Assembly (NCBI GenBank): GCA_963664015.2
Contig: CAXXLF010000002.1
Coordinates: 1,248,001 to 1,312,000 of the forward strand
DNA length: 64,000 nt
Reading direction: 5' to 3'
Origin: Candidatus Binatia bacterium
Lineage (GTDB): Bacteria; Desulfobacterota; Binatia; UBA9968; CAXXLF01
Shown here: positions 1 to 8,144 of the stretch, piece after piece
Numbering within the stretch: position 1 is the stretch's first letter
How the letters are laid out: each line of letters starts with the position of its first letter
The notes under the pieces: model-generated
The model's input: only the letters and a program-made list of their open reading frames with translations
Told to the model about the DNA's origin: nothing
Databases searched by the model: none
Translations under genes and position numbers: made by a program

Positions 1-1248
1 ATGTCCCTCGTCTGCAAGAACGATAATTTTGTCGGACTCGTTCAGGACAGGGAATTCACTCTCGTCTGCGCTCTCCTGAAACTTCTGAACCATCGCCGTC
101 ACGATGTCAGAAGAGTCTGTCTGCAGGAGTTCCTTCAGGTCTCGAACGGACTCCGCATGGTGAATGGTCTCACTCTGGGTGTTCTGGAAGGTTGCCGTCA
201 GTTGGGTGTCGAGTTGAGTGCGGTCGGTGATGAAGACGAGTTTGTAATCTCGGAGTGCTGGGTCACGTCTAATCTTGAGAGTCAGGAACACCATGGTCAG
301 AGATTTACCCGAACCCTGCGTATGCCAGATAACACCGCTCTTACTCTTGCGGTCGGTTCCTGCCTTGATGCGTTCAATGGATTTATGGACTGCACGGAAC
401 TGCTGATACCGCGCAATCTTCTTCACTGTGCGTCCATCGACAGGTTCAAACACGGTGAAGTTCTGAATGAGATCGAGGAAGTTCGTTTTGTTGAACATTC
501 CTGCGATCAAGACGTCTTGAGACTCAGGGGTCTCTCCCACTTCATTAATCTTCAGAGGATACGGATCTTTCCATTCTAGAAAGTGCTCCATGCGTGACGT
601 GATAGTGCCTACACGCGCCTTATCGCGATGGGTGGAGACCATGAGTTGGTTGTAGTGAAAGAGTTTTTCTGCACCTTCATTATCTTGATGAGTTCTGCGG
701 TTTGCATACCGCATCAACTGATCAATCCCTGATTCCATGGGGTTGGTGATGTAGGGGGATTTGCACTCGATCACTGCAAGGGGAAGACCATTCACGAACA
801 GAATGATGTCGGGAATGATGTTCTGGTTAACCCCTGAGACCTTGAACTGGTTCGTGCAAAGGAACTCGTTGTTCTCAAGGTTATCGAAGTCGATGAACTT
901 GACGGTTTGTCCCCGATTGCCCTTGCCCACGTCCTGCATGACGGAGGTGTATTGCGTGAGGGTGTTCCAGACGGATTGGTTTGCTTCAATCAGGTTCGGA
1001 AACTGCGCTCTGGTGAACTCACTGATGACCCTTCGCAGGTTGTCTTCACTGATCCATGGGTTGATGCGTTGGATTGCTTTCTCAAGACGATGTTCGAGAA
1101 CCACGTCCTTGAAGGAACTGCGTTCATCTGAATCTTTAAGGGTTGGTTCCGATGGAGAGAGTTTAGAACCCTCGAGGTATGTCCATTCCAGTGACTGAAG
1201 TTGTTCCAGTGCGGGGAGTTCTACCTTGTCGAGTTCATCGGATGCCAT
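1..1248 (-). CDS. hsdR: Type I restriction endonuclease subunit R (5' part; runs off left edge)
   Basis: Not in the ORF track. Manual translation from ATG at 1248 gives MASDELDKVELPALEQL..., nuclease motif PDIILFVNGLPLAVIECK, Walker A HTQGSGKS and DEGH at bases 12-1; starts 1 nt after the hsdS stop. Confidence 0.95.
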   Translation of the reverse strand, partial: MASDELDKVELPALEQLQSLEWTYLEGSKLSPSEPTLKDSDERSSFKDVVLEHRLEKAIQRINPWISEDNLRRVISEFTRAQFPNLIEANQSVWNTLTQYTSVMQDVGKGNRGQTVKFIDFDNLENNEFLCTNQFKVSGVNQNIIPDIILFVNGLPLAVIECKSPYITNPMESGIDQLMRYANRRTHQDNEGAEKLFHYNQLMVSTHRDKARVGTITSRMEHFLEWKDPYPLKINEVGETPESQDVLIAGMFNKTNFLDLIQNFTVFEPVDGRTVKKIARYQQFRAVHKSIERIKAGTDRKSKSGVIWHTQGSGKSLTMVFLTLKIRRDPALRDYKLVFITDRTQLDTQLTATFQNTQSETIHHAESVRDLKELLQTDSSDIVTAMVQKFQESADESEFPVLNESDKIIVLADEGH

Positions 1249-1249
1249 C

Positions 1250-2497
1250 TCAGTTCACCGACACTCTGACTTTACCCGTCAGGAGATCCTGCATGAGGGA
1301 TTTTTTGAGAGATTGGGTTTGGTGGAGTTTTTGTTTTTTATCTGACAAACATTTATTTATGGGACTGATAATCCTGATAATCCCATCCTGTTCTATATCT
1401 GGGGGCACGGGGATCCTGATATCTTTTACGATTTGGGAATTAAGTTTTACCATGGTCTCTGAGGTGCCTTGTGCAAGTCTAGAGATTTGAGTCCTTAACG
1501 CTGAACTCAATAACATTTGCAAAATGAAATCTACGTTCGCCGATTTTTTGAATGTTAAGCGCATCATTAAGTCGGGGTAGATGCACCCACGTCCAAAATC
1601 CCGAAATATTCCTACTAATCCAACAAGTTCTCTAGTATTTGACCTGCTCATTAAAAAATCACCGTCTTTTAATAAAAAATCTTTATTTCTCTCAGATGGT
1701 TCAATCGATTTTAGTTGGGTTGGCAAAAAACCGTCTTTTCTTAAACATCCTAGACCCAGACTTAAGTCCCCATTTTCAGTTTCCTTTGGACTAAATCCGT
1801 TTTTCGGGTTTTTAGATAAAAGTTCTGATAATTTTTTAACCTCCCAACTCTTCGGAATTCTCCCCAACTCACTGTCTTTGAACTCTGTGTGACCAATCCC
1901 TTTGGTCAACAACTCGTTCATCGTTCCTTTTTTCAGATCTTGGAGTTTGTCGATTTGCGATTGGGTTTTCTCAATTACCTCATCAACAGAGGTGAGAATG
2001 GATGCGATTTTCTTCTGTTCTGGGAGGGGTGGTGTAGGTATCGGGATTGATTTCAAATCCCCCAAAACCACTCTACGGATCGCTGAACCAGATTTCCGAT
2101 TTTCAAGTTCTCCAATAAAAATGGGAGAAGAAAGGAATTGTTCTAGAAAATGAGGAAGAAGTTTTGAGTTTTCGGTTCGAATAATTGCAATTGAAGAAAG
2201 TACAACAATATTATCAGATTGTTGAAAAACAAGGGTTTTGCCGATTGTACCGTCTTTTGAAAACAGCACATCGCCGATTTTTGGATTGCACGAGTTTGCA
2301 GTTAGATTTGTGAATTCTTCTTCAGAAATTGATCTGCAACTGGAGATATCGATGGTACTATGTCTCATGTTTTCAACAGTCGCAATCGGACACCCATTTT
2401 CCACTGTCGGGGGAGAATAGTGAGAACCATCAGTTATTTTTTTTGATAGGTCGGATAAAGAGTTTACACCCCAACCCTCTGGAACCTGCTCACTCAT
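1250..2497 (-). CDS. hsdS: Type I RM specificity subunit S
   Basis: Two TRDs (PEGW.. and PKSW..), conserved spacer [17 protein letters not shown]-terminal [16 protein letters not shown]; ATG at 2497 overlaps the hsdM stop. Confidence 0.95.
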   Translation of the reverse strand: MSEQVPEGWGVNSLSDLSKKITDGSHYSPPTVENGCPIATVENMRHSTIDISSCRSISEEEFTNLTANSCNPKIGDVLFSKDGTIGKTLVFQQSDNIVVLSSIAIIRTENSKLLPHFLEQFLSSPIFIGELENRKSGSAIRRVVLGDLKSIPIPTPPLPEQKKIASILTSVDEVIEKTQSQIDKLQDLKKGTMNELLTKGIGHTEFKDSELGRIPKSWEVKKLSELLSKNPKNGFSPKETENGDLSLGLGCLRKDGFLPTQLKSIEPSERNKDFLLKDGDFLMSRSNTRELVGLVGIFRDFGRGCIYPDLMMRLTFKKSANVDFILQMLLSSALRTQISRLAQGTSETMVKLNSQIVKDIRIPVPPDIEQDGIIRIISPINKCLSDKKQKLHQTQSLKKSLMQDLLTGKVRVSVN

Positions 2498-4211
2498 ACC
2501 CAAGTTCCTTCAGATAACCCCGCATCACCTCTTCTGACTGTTTCACCTCTGCATCCAGTTCGTGCAGGGAGACACGATACTTGTCCCACCATCTCTCGAA
2601 CTGACTGATGACGGACTGCTCATCCGTGTTAAGGAACTCTCGTATCTGTTCCTTGGTCTCAATCTCGGGTTTGAACTCGTAGTATTCGTTGTCCCTTCGA
2701 ACGAACACACCGCTGACATCCATTCCCTGCAGAGTTTCCTGAATATACTCGTCCTCAATCTCACTGACGGGTATTCCACCTCGAAGGATCGCACGGACAT
2801 CAAACTGCTCTGGTGGGGGTGATGTGTCCGCGTATCTGCGGATGTTCAGGTTGTAGTCATTCTCACGAATCTCATCGATCGAGACCACCTTCGCATACCG
2901 CTTCTCATCCTCGTATCCGTCAAAGGTTTCGAGGATCCGCTGAATGTCTGACTTACGGAGTTTGGTCTGACTCTTACTTTCTTCGAATCCTAATTCACCG
3001 TTGATGAAGAAGACCTTCCCTTTGCGTTCAGGAGACTTCCGTTTGTTGATAATCAGGAGTGCTGCAGGAATGCCTGTGCCGTAGAACAATCCCGAGGGTA
3101 GTCCGATGACACCCTCGAGAAGATCGTCCTCCAGAATCCCCTTACGAATCTCCTTCTCACTGGAACCGCGGAACAGAACACCGTGAGGAACGACAACACC
3201 CATCATTCCCTCTGCGTTCAGTGACGCAATCATGTGCTGAATGAATGCGAGATCCCCCGAATCCTTGGGAGGGGTGCCATAGGGAAACCGTCCATAGGGA
3301 TCGTTATCTGCCTGTTCCTTACCCCATTTTGCGAGGGAGAACGGTGGGTTTGCGATCACTCGGTCAAAGACCTGCAACGCACCTCCTGAGATGTGCTGAG
3401 GATCTCCCAGAGTGTCACCCTTACGGATATCTGCATTGAACACTCCATGCAGGAACATGTTCATCTTGCAGATTGCCCATGTGTTCAGATTCATCTTCTG
3501 ACCGTAGAGGGACAAGTTGGACGGGTTCTCTCCGTGATCGATCAGGTAGTTTCGTGTGGTGACCAACATGCCGCCGGAACCAACCGTGGGATCGTAGATC
3601 TTCATACCCGCACGAGGTTTGATGAGTGACACCAGAAGTTTCACCACCTCAGTCGGGGTATAGAACTCTCCACCCTTCTTACCTGCAGAGTCTGCGAACT
3701 GCTTGATGAGATATTCGTATGCACCGCCCATCAGGTCTGCATCTGCAAAGTCCTCATTCCTCAATCGATGCCGAGAGAAGTGAGACAGGAGATCCTGCAG
3801 TTTCTTGTCTGAGAGTTTATTTTTGATATTGAAGTCGATGGAGACCAACACGCCCTCGAGACTGGGGTTGTGCTCCTCGATCGTCTCGGTTGCCTTGTTC
3901 AGTTCCGCACCGATGTCGTGCTTGAGATCCTTGAGTTGATCCCATCGTGCACGTTCAGGGACAAAAAACGTCTTGTCGTACTCGTCCTCATCGGATGCGA
4001 GTTGCTCTGCTTGTTGCTGGTTCTTGCCCGTGGAGAGGTAGTGCTGAATGACCTTCTCTTGCTCTTCCTCAAACGAGTCCGAGAGACGCTTCAGGAACAT
4101 CATCCCGAAGATGTAGTCCTTGAACTCAGACGCATCCATGTTGCCGCGTAGGATATCTGCGGTTTCCCAGAGGAAGGACTCAAGTTGCGAAAGAGTGAGT
4201 TTTTCCGTCAT
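2490..4211 (-). CDS. hsdM: Type I RM N6-adenine methyltransferase subunit M
   Basis: GEFYTP, motif [11 protein letters not shown], motif [21 protein letters not shown]. Confidence 0.96.
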   Translation of the reverse strand: MTEKLTLSQLESFLWETADILRGNMDASEFKDYIFGMMFLKRLSDSFEEEQEKVIQHYLSTGKNQQQAEQLASDEDEYDKTFFVPERARWDQLKDLKHDIGAELNKATETIEEHNPSLEGVLVSIDFNIKNKLSDKKLQDLLSHFSRHRLRNEDFADADLMGGAYEYLIKQFADSAGKKGGEFYTPTEVVKLLVSLIKPRAGMKIYDPTVGSGGMLVTTRNYLIDHGENPSNLSLYGQKMNLNTWAICKMNMFLHGVFNADIRKGDTLGDPQHISGGALQVFDRVIANPPFSLAKWGKEQADNDPYGRFPYGTPPKDSGDLAFIQHMIASLNAEGMMGVVVPHGVLFRGSSEKEIRKGILEDDLLEGVIGLPSGLFYGTGIPAALLIINKRKSPERKGKVFFINGELGFEESKSQTKLRKSDIQRILETFDGYEDEKRYAKVVSIDEIRENDYNLNIRRYADTSPPPEQFDVRAILRGGIPVSEIEDEYIQETLQGMDVSGVFVRRDNEYYEFKPEIETKEQIREFLNTDEQSVISQFERWWDKYRVSLHELDAEVKQSEEVMRGYLKELGYE

Positions 4212-4346
4212 TTTTACCCCTATTCGGTTGCAGACTCCTCAGTGAACGGTATCCGAGCAATCCCAGGGTGTCAACGAACTCGTGGGACCGGTAAGAAATT
4301 CCCTTAATACTGGCGAAGAACGATTGGCACACGCTAAAGATTTTTC

Positions 4347-4374
4347 TTGCCTTTTTTCACCAACGCCTTACCTT
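4347..4374 (+). promoter_or_regulatory. Possible sigma70 promoter for the element replication operon
   Basis: TTGCCT (4347-4352), 16 nt spacer, TACCTT (4369-4374), just upstream of the structured leader. Confidence 0.3.
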
Positions 4375-4387
4375 AGAAATTACCATT

Positions 4388-4472
4388 GGGGCATAGCCTG
4401 ATCAGCGAAAAGCCGGTGCCCTCCTGCCCGGCCTGGCCCCTTCATCTCAAAGCAGGAGTCCCTACAGGAGGT
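4388..4472 (+). ncRNA. Putative structured leader or regulatory RNA with anti-SD loop
   Basis: Outer stem GGGGC(4388)/GCCCC(4436-4440), inner stem GCCGG/CCGGC, loop CCTCCTGC complementary to GCAGGAG (4452) and CAGGAGG (4465, the SD). Confidence 0.45.
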
Positions 4473-4477
4473 GGGAG

Positions 4478-5194
4478 ATGCCACGCAATAAAAGGTCAGC
4501 TGGTAATGAATACCCCGCTCGCGCTGACCGCCTTCTCAGCCGGTCAGGTCAATGGGGTCAAGGTGTTAATGAGAAGCGCGTGAAAGAGTTTGCGACGGAA
4601 ATCAAAAAACGTGAGCACCTACCGGGAATTATGCTTGAGACAGATACCCCTCTTTGGTTGGCCCGTTACCTCACTTGGATCGAGCTTGAAGAGAAATTCC
4701 ATAGAGAGTGGCTGACCGTTAAAAAGCTCCTGCGGAAGAGAAGGGAAAAACTTCGGGCTAGAATTAAAGCCAAAAGAAAGGTGAGTAACTCACTGAAGAT
4801 AGAGCTTGCAGAGATCAATAGATATATAGACTGGATGCGGCTTGGCCCCCGAACCCCAGGGGGGGCAAGCAGTCCTGGGACTAGACCTTTTCTTCATTCA
4901 CGCTGGGATACACTGTGGCAGATGGATCAACTCTTAATCAACGATTACCGAGACGCCGTGATGCGAGGGATACGACAAAAATTCAACGCACTAGCCTTGG
5001 AGCGTAAGAGCAATCCAGGGCTTCCTATCCCCAATTGGGCCTCTATAAAAAACCTTCAACGTATAGCCAATAAAGAAATAGGCCGAAAAGAACGCGCCCA
5101 GATCCTTGCCAGAGTTATGGTGCTCTCCCCTTACACAACCATGTCGGCAGCCTCGATCCTTAGAGGACTGCAACGGCATTACCCCACAAATTAG
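4478..5194 (+). CDS. Hypothetical basic protein of the integrated element
   Basis: 238-aa ORF with strong SD AGGAGGT 5 nt upstream; no family recognised. Confidence 0.65.
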   Translation: MPRNKRSAGNEYPARADRLLSRSGQWGQGVNEKRVKEFATEIKKREHLPGIMLETDTPLWLARYLTWIELEEKFHREWLTVKKLLRKRREKLRARIKAKRKVSNSLKIELAEINRYIDWMRLGPRTPGGASSPGTRPFLHSRWDTLWQMDQLLINDYRDAVMRGIRQKFNALALERKSNPGLPIPNWASIKNLQRIANKEIGRKERAQILARVMVLSPYTTMSAASILRGLQRHYPTN

Positions 5195-5322
5195 GTCTCA
5201 CTGATCTCTCACCCTTAGCTGAAGCCCCCACTTTAATTGGGGGGTGGGATATGTCGTTCCATAGGCCCAATTTCCTCAACTTTGCTATTTTTTAGACCGA
5301 TCAGCGAGTTAAGCTTAGAAAC

Positions 5323-7200
5323 ATGCAGACACGTTCATACTCGGTTTTGGATAAACTCGATTCCGCTATCCGTCTATTAAAAGCGGACAAGCCCCCTTTC
5401 CCCTTATGCTGGACCAGTGAGGGTGTTTGTGTCCGCCACGGTCCTAGGTGCGAGCATCCCGGGAAGCAACCCCTAGTAAGGGGGAGGGCCTATCAAGAAC
5501 ACTTGCCCACAGAGCAAGAGGTGACAGACTGGTGGACTCAGTGGCCACATGCAAACATCGGAATGGCCACAGGGCAGATATCAGCCATAATGGTTGTCGA
5601 CTGTGACTCAGCAGGGGCCACTAACCGATTTGAGGATAACTATCCTGAAGCGGAGGATACTCTTCAAGTCCAAACAGCACGTGGGAAGCACTACTATTTT
5701 CAATTTGAGGAAGGTATCCGCAACGATGCTGGCAAACTGCTAGGGCCAGGGATAGACGTAAGGGGGGAAGGCGGCTTTGTTATTATTCCGCCGTCAATCC
5801 ATGCCTCCGGCAAGCCTTATCAATGGCTCAACCGGAGCAAGCCGAGTCCTTTATCAACTAGTTTAAGAGAGGTCTTAGTCAGCCGTAATAAAGTCGGCCC
5901 TTTCGATGGTTCCGTGGCAGAGAGCTTTCAAGAGCGATTCGACACAGCTAAAGCCCTGGCCGGAGTCCCGGAGGGGCAGAGAGATGAAACCCTTTTCAAA
6001 CTGGCCGGTAAGCTACGGAACGCAGACGTACCCCAAGAAATGGCAGAAAAGCTGGTATTAGAAGCTGCCCAGAACTGCCAGCCTTCGTTTTCAGAGTCCA
6101 TAGCACTAGAGAAAGTAGGTAGGGTCTATGAACGATACCAGACCGGTACCGCTCCGTCAGATCCAAAAGTCGTTTCCGCACTAGGGGAAGAAACCGTGCG
6201 GAAAGACATTAAGCTCCAAACCTGGGAGGAATTTCTATCTACTACCCCGGAAGAAAGGGAATACACCATCAACGGGATTCTCCCCGATTCGGGTTTGGCT
6301 GTCCTGTTGGGGCGTGGAAAGCACGGAAAATCAACCCTAGTCACCCATGCCTGTAGGGCCATTGCCTCAGGTCAGGGGTTCTTGGACCGGGGAACCAAGG
6401 TCAAGCCTGTTGTTTATGTTAACTACGAAATGGCAGAGGATTATCTCCAAACCCTTCTTAGGGCCGGGGATTGTCCAACGGGTGCCTATATTATCAACCG
6501 ACCTGAACCAATTTTAACCCTGAAGGCCATCGAAAACATTATGGGCCAAGTGGAGAACGGTCCGGGGATGATGGTTATCGACTCCTTCAGGGGGGCTTTC
6601 AAACTCCAGGGTGAGGCAGAAAATCTATCGGGAGGGGCAGGTGTACTTCTCCGTCAACTCCAGGACTTAGCTATCAACAAAGGCTGGCTTATCATTCTGA
6701 TTCACCACAGCAACAGGGGTAGTAGGGAAGGAACAGATAGCGTTTCAGGAACTAGCGACTGGATAGCGGCTCCTGATGTTCTTTGGAGTTGGTCAAGGCC
6801 GGACCCAGATAAGAGCGGCACCTTGATAATAGAGGGACGAATCCCTCCATTGGACCCGATGGCAGTACAGTTAAGCCTAGAGAGCTGCGAGTACGTTGGA
6901 ACGGTAAAGGAGGATCAGGAAAAGGCCGACAAGGGGGCAATCCAAGGATTTTTAACCGAGGATTGGCAAATCACCAAAGATATTGTGGCACTTACTGGGC
7001 TAGCAGAGGGAACTATCAGAACACGATTAAACTCACTCCACAAGGATGGACTGGTTGAGCGGGATGGAAAGGGGGTGAGTAAGAACCCATTTAAATGGAG
7101 GGAAATTGTTTCCGCACAGGATAATCCCCTAAGTGCGGAAACGAATAATGGGGATAATCAAGCAGAGGAAGGGGCTCAATGCCAGACGTTCAATCTCTAA
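5323..7200 (+). CDS. Bifunctional primase/polymerase (Prim-Pol)-PriCT-AAA (RepA-like) helicase with C-terminal winged HTH
   Basis: WWTQWPHANIG, VVDCD, GKHYYF, DVRGEGGFVIIPPS; PriCT GQRDETLFKLAG; Walker A GRGKHGKS, Walker B VIDS, ILIHHSN. Confidence 0.9.
   Translation: MQTRSYSVLDKLDSAIRLLKADKPPFPLCWTSEGVCVRHGPRCEHPGKQPLVRGRAYQEHLPTEQEVTDWWTQWPHANIGMATGQISAIMVVDCDSAGATNRFEDNYPEAEDTLQVQTARGKHYYFQFEEGIRNDAGKLLGPGIDVRGEGGFVIIPPSIHASGKPYQWLNRSKPSPLSTSLREVLVSRNKVGPFDGSVAESFQERFDTAKALAGVPEGQRDETLFKLAGKLRNADVPQEMAEKLVLEAAQNCQPSFSESIALEKVGRVYERYQTGTAPSDPKVVSALGEETVRKDIKLQTWEEFLSTTPEEREYTINGILPDSGLAVLLGRGKHGKSTLVTHACRAIASGQGFLDRGTKVKPVVYVNYEMAEDYLQTLLRAGDCPTGAYIINRPEPILTLKAIENIMGQVENGPGMMVIDSFRGAFKLQGEAENLSGGAGVLLRQLQDLAINKGWLIILIHHSNRGSREGTDSVSGTSDWIAAPDVLWSWSRPDPDKSGTLIIEGRIPPLDPMAVQLSLESCEYVGTVKEDQEKADKGAIQGFLTEDWQITKDIVALTGLAEGTIRTRLNSLHKDGLVERDGKGVSKNPFKWREIVSAQDNPLSAETNNGDNQAEEGAQCQTFNL
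6172..6204 (+). repeat. Palindromic site 1 within the replicase gene
   Basis: GTTTCCGCAC-TAGGGGAAGAAACC-GTGCGGAAA. Confidence 0.8.
7108..7142 (-). repeat. Palindromic site 2 within the replicase gene (opposite orientation)
   Basis: Minus strand reads GTTTCCGCAC-TTAGGGGATTATCCT-GTGCGGAAAC. Confidence 0.8.
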
Positions 7201-7661
7201 TCGAGTCAGCCAGAGCGAAAGGGCTTAGGCTTTCCCTGGCCGATGGCAAGGTAAAGGTTCAGGCACCACAAGCCTTAGATGGGAATGCCAAGGCCCTCCT
7301 CCAGGAGCTTAGGGAGCATAGGGAAGAGGTTAAAAAATTTCTAAACGAATCTGACCCGATCCTTACCCTTTACCAGTGGTATCCAGACTTCCGGGACTTC
7401 CACCACAAGGTCATAGCTGAGACCGTCGACTTTGAAAACGGCTGGCTTCGTGTCAACAGACCGGACCTATTCCAGGCCATAAAGGCCAAAGAGAACGAAT
7501 TGGACTCTCTACAGGAGGCCAAGTTATCAGAGGTCATGAGCATCATACAGGTGTGGCGAGAACTTGTCTTAAAAGCCGAATTTGAGCGCGAGAGGCTAAT
7601 CTGGAGCCTAGAGCAATATTTTCCCAATGGACGAGCAAGGCGACAAGATAAATCCCCTTGA
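7179..7661 (+). CDS. Hypothetical protein with TubC_N-like N-terminus
   Basis: LIESARAKGLRLSLADGKVKVQAP...LLQELREHREEV pattern; SD GAGGAAGGGG; overlaps the replicase 3' end. Confidence 0.65.
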   Translation: MPDVQSLIESARAKGLRLSLADGKVKVQAPQALDGNAKALLQELREHREEVKKFLNESDPILTLYQWYPDFRDFHHKVIAETVDFENGWLRVNRPDLFQAIKAKENELDSLQEAKLSEVMSIIQVWRELVLKAEFERERLIWSLEQYFPNGRARRQDKSP

Positions 7662-7908
7662 GGGCCTTGAAGGGTGGCTCAGGAATGTCATTCGGGAAGA
7701 GATCCGGGCGGCTATGGGGCAGAACGGCCACAAGGAAGAGGACAAGCTATTCAATGCAGAGGACGCCGCAAAGATCCTATCCGTCTCTAAAGACTGGTTA
7801 TACCGTAATGCCCACAAATTGCCATTTACCCTGAGAGTACCCCCAAACATGCTGCGCTTTTCCTGTCAGGGCATACAGAAGTATCTGGCTACCAGAAAAA
7901 CCTACTGA
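7627..7908 (+). CDS. Excisionase/AlpA-like HTH protein
   Basis: LFNAEDAAKILSVSKDWLYR...LRF HTH_17-type motif, upstream of the integrase. Confidence 0.85.
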   Translation: MDEQGDKINPLEGLEGWLRNVIREEIRAAMGQNGHKEEDKLFNAEDAAKILSVSKDWLYRNAHKLPFTLRVPPNMLRFSCQGIQKYLATRKTY

Positions 7909-7923
7909 TCCATCATTATGTTA

Positions 7924-7952
7924 TTGACATATCTATGGCACATTACTAGCAT
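7924..7952 (+). promoter_or_regulatory. sigma70 promoter for the RHH-integrase operon
   Basis: TTGACA (7924-7929), 17 nt spacer, TAGCAT (7947-7952). Confidence 0.7.
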
Positions 7953-7994
7953 CCCTCCATGCCCAGAATCTATTTTGGAAAGGGGGTAAAGATC

Positions 7995-8144
7995 ATGAAA
8001 ACCATGATCTACTTGGATGAGAAGATCCACAACCGGCTTAAACACATAGCTGCTGATGGTCGAGTCTCTATGGCAGAACTCATCCGTAGGGCAGTGGATG
8101 AGTATTTACAGAAACCATCAAAGAAAGGAGGGGGTAAACGATGA
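7995..8144 (+). CDS. Ribbon-helix-helix (CopG-like) regulator
   Basis: MKTMIYLDEKIHNRLKHIAADGRVSMAELIRRAVDEYL; ATGA overlap with the integrase; alternative start at 7959. Confidence 0.85.
   Translation: MKTMIYLDEKIHNRLKHIAADGRVSMAELIRRAVDEYLQKPSKKGGGKR

Noticed and set aside
1-1198. Plus-strand ORFs 1-579, 761-1198 and 907-1131
   Set aside because: Antisense shadows of hsdR, which has clear motifs on the minus strand
4398-4410. CTGATCAGCGAAA as a hammerhead ribozyme core
   Set aside because: CUGAUCA departs from CUGANGA and there is no stem II before GAAA
4451-4460. AGCAGGAGTC as the second att copy of the tRNA-Val 3' end (AGCAGGACTC)
   Set aside because: Only 9 of 10 nt match with no flanking identity; better explained as a target of the leader loop
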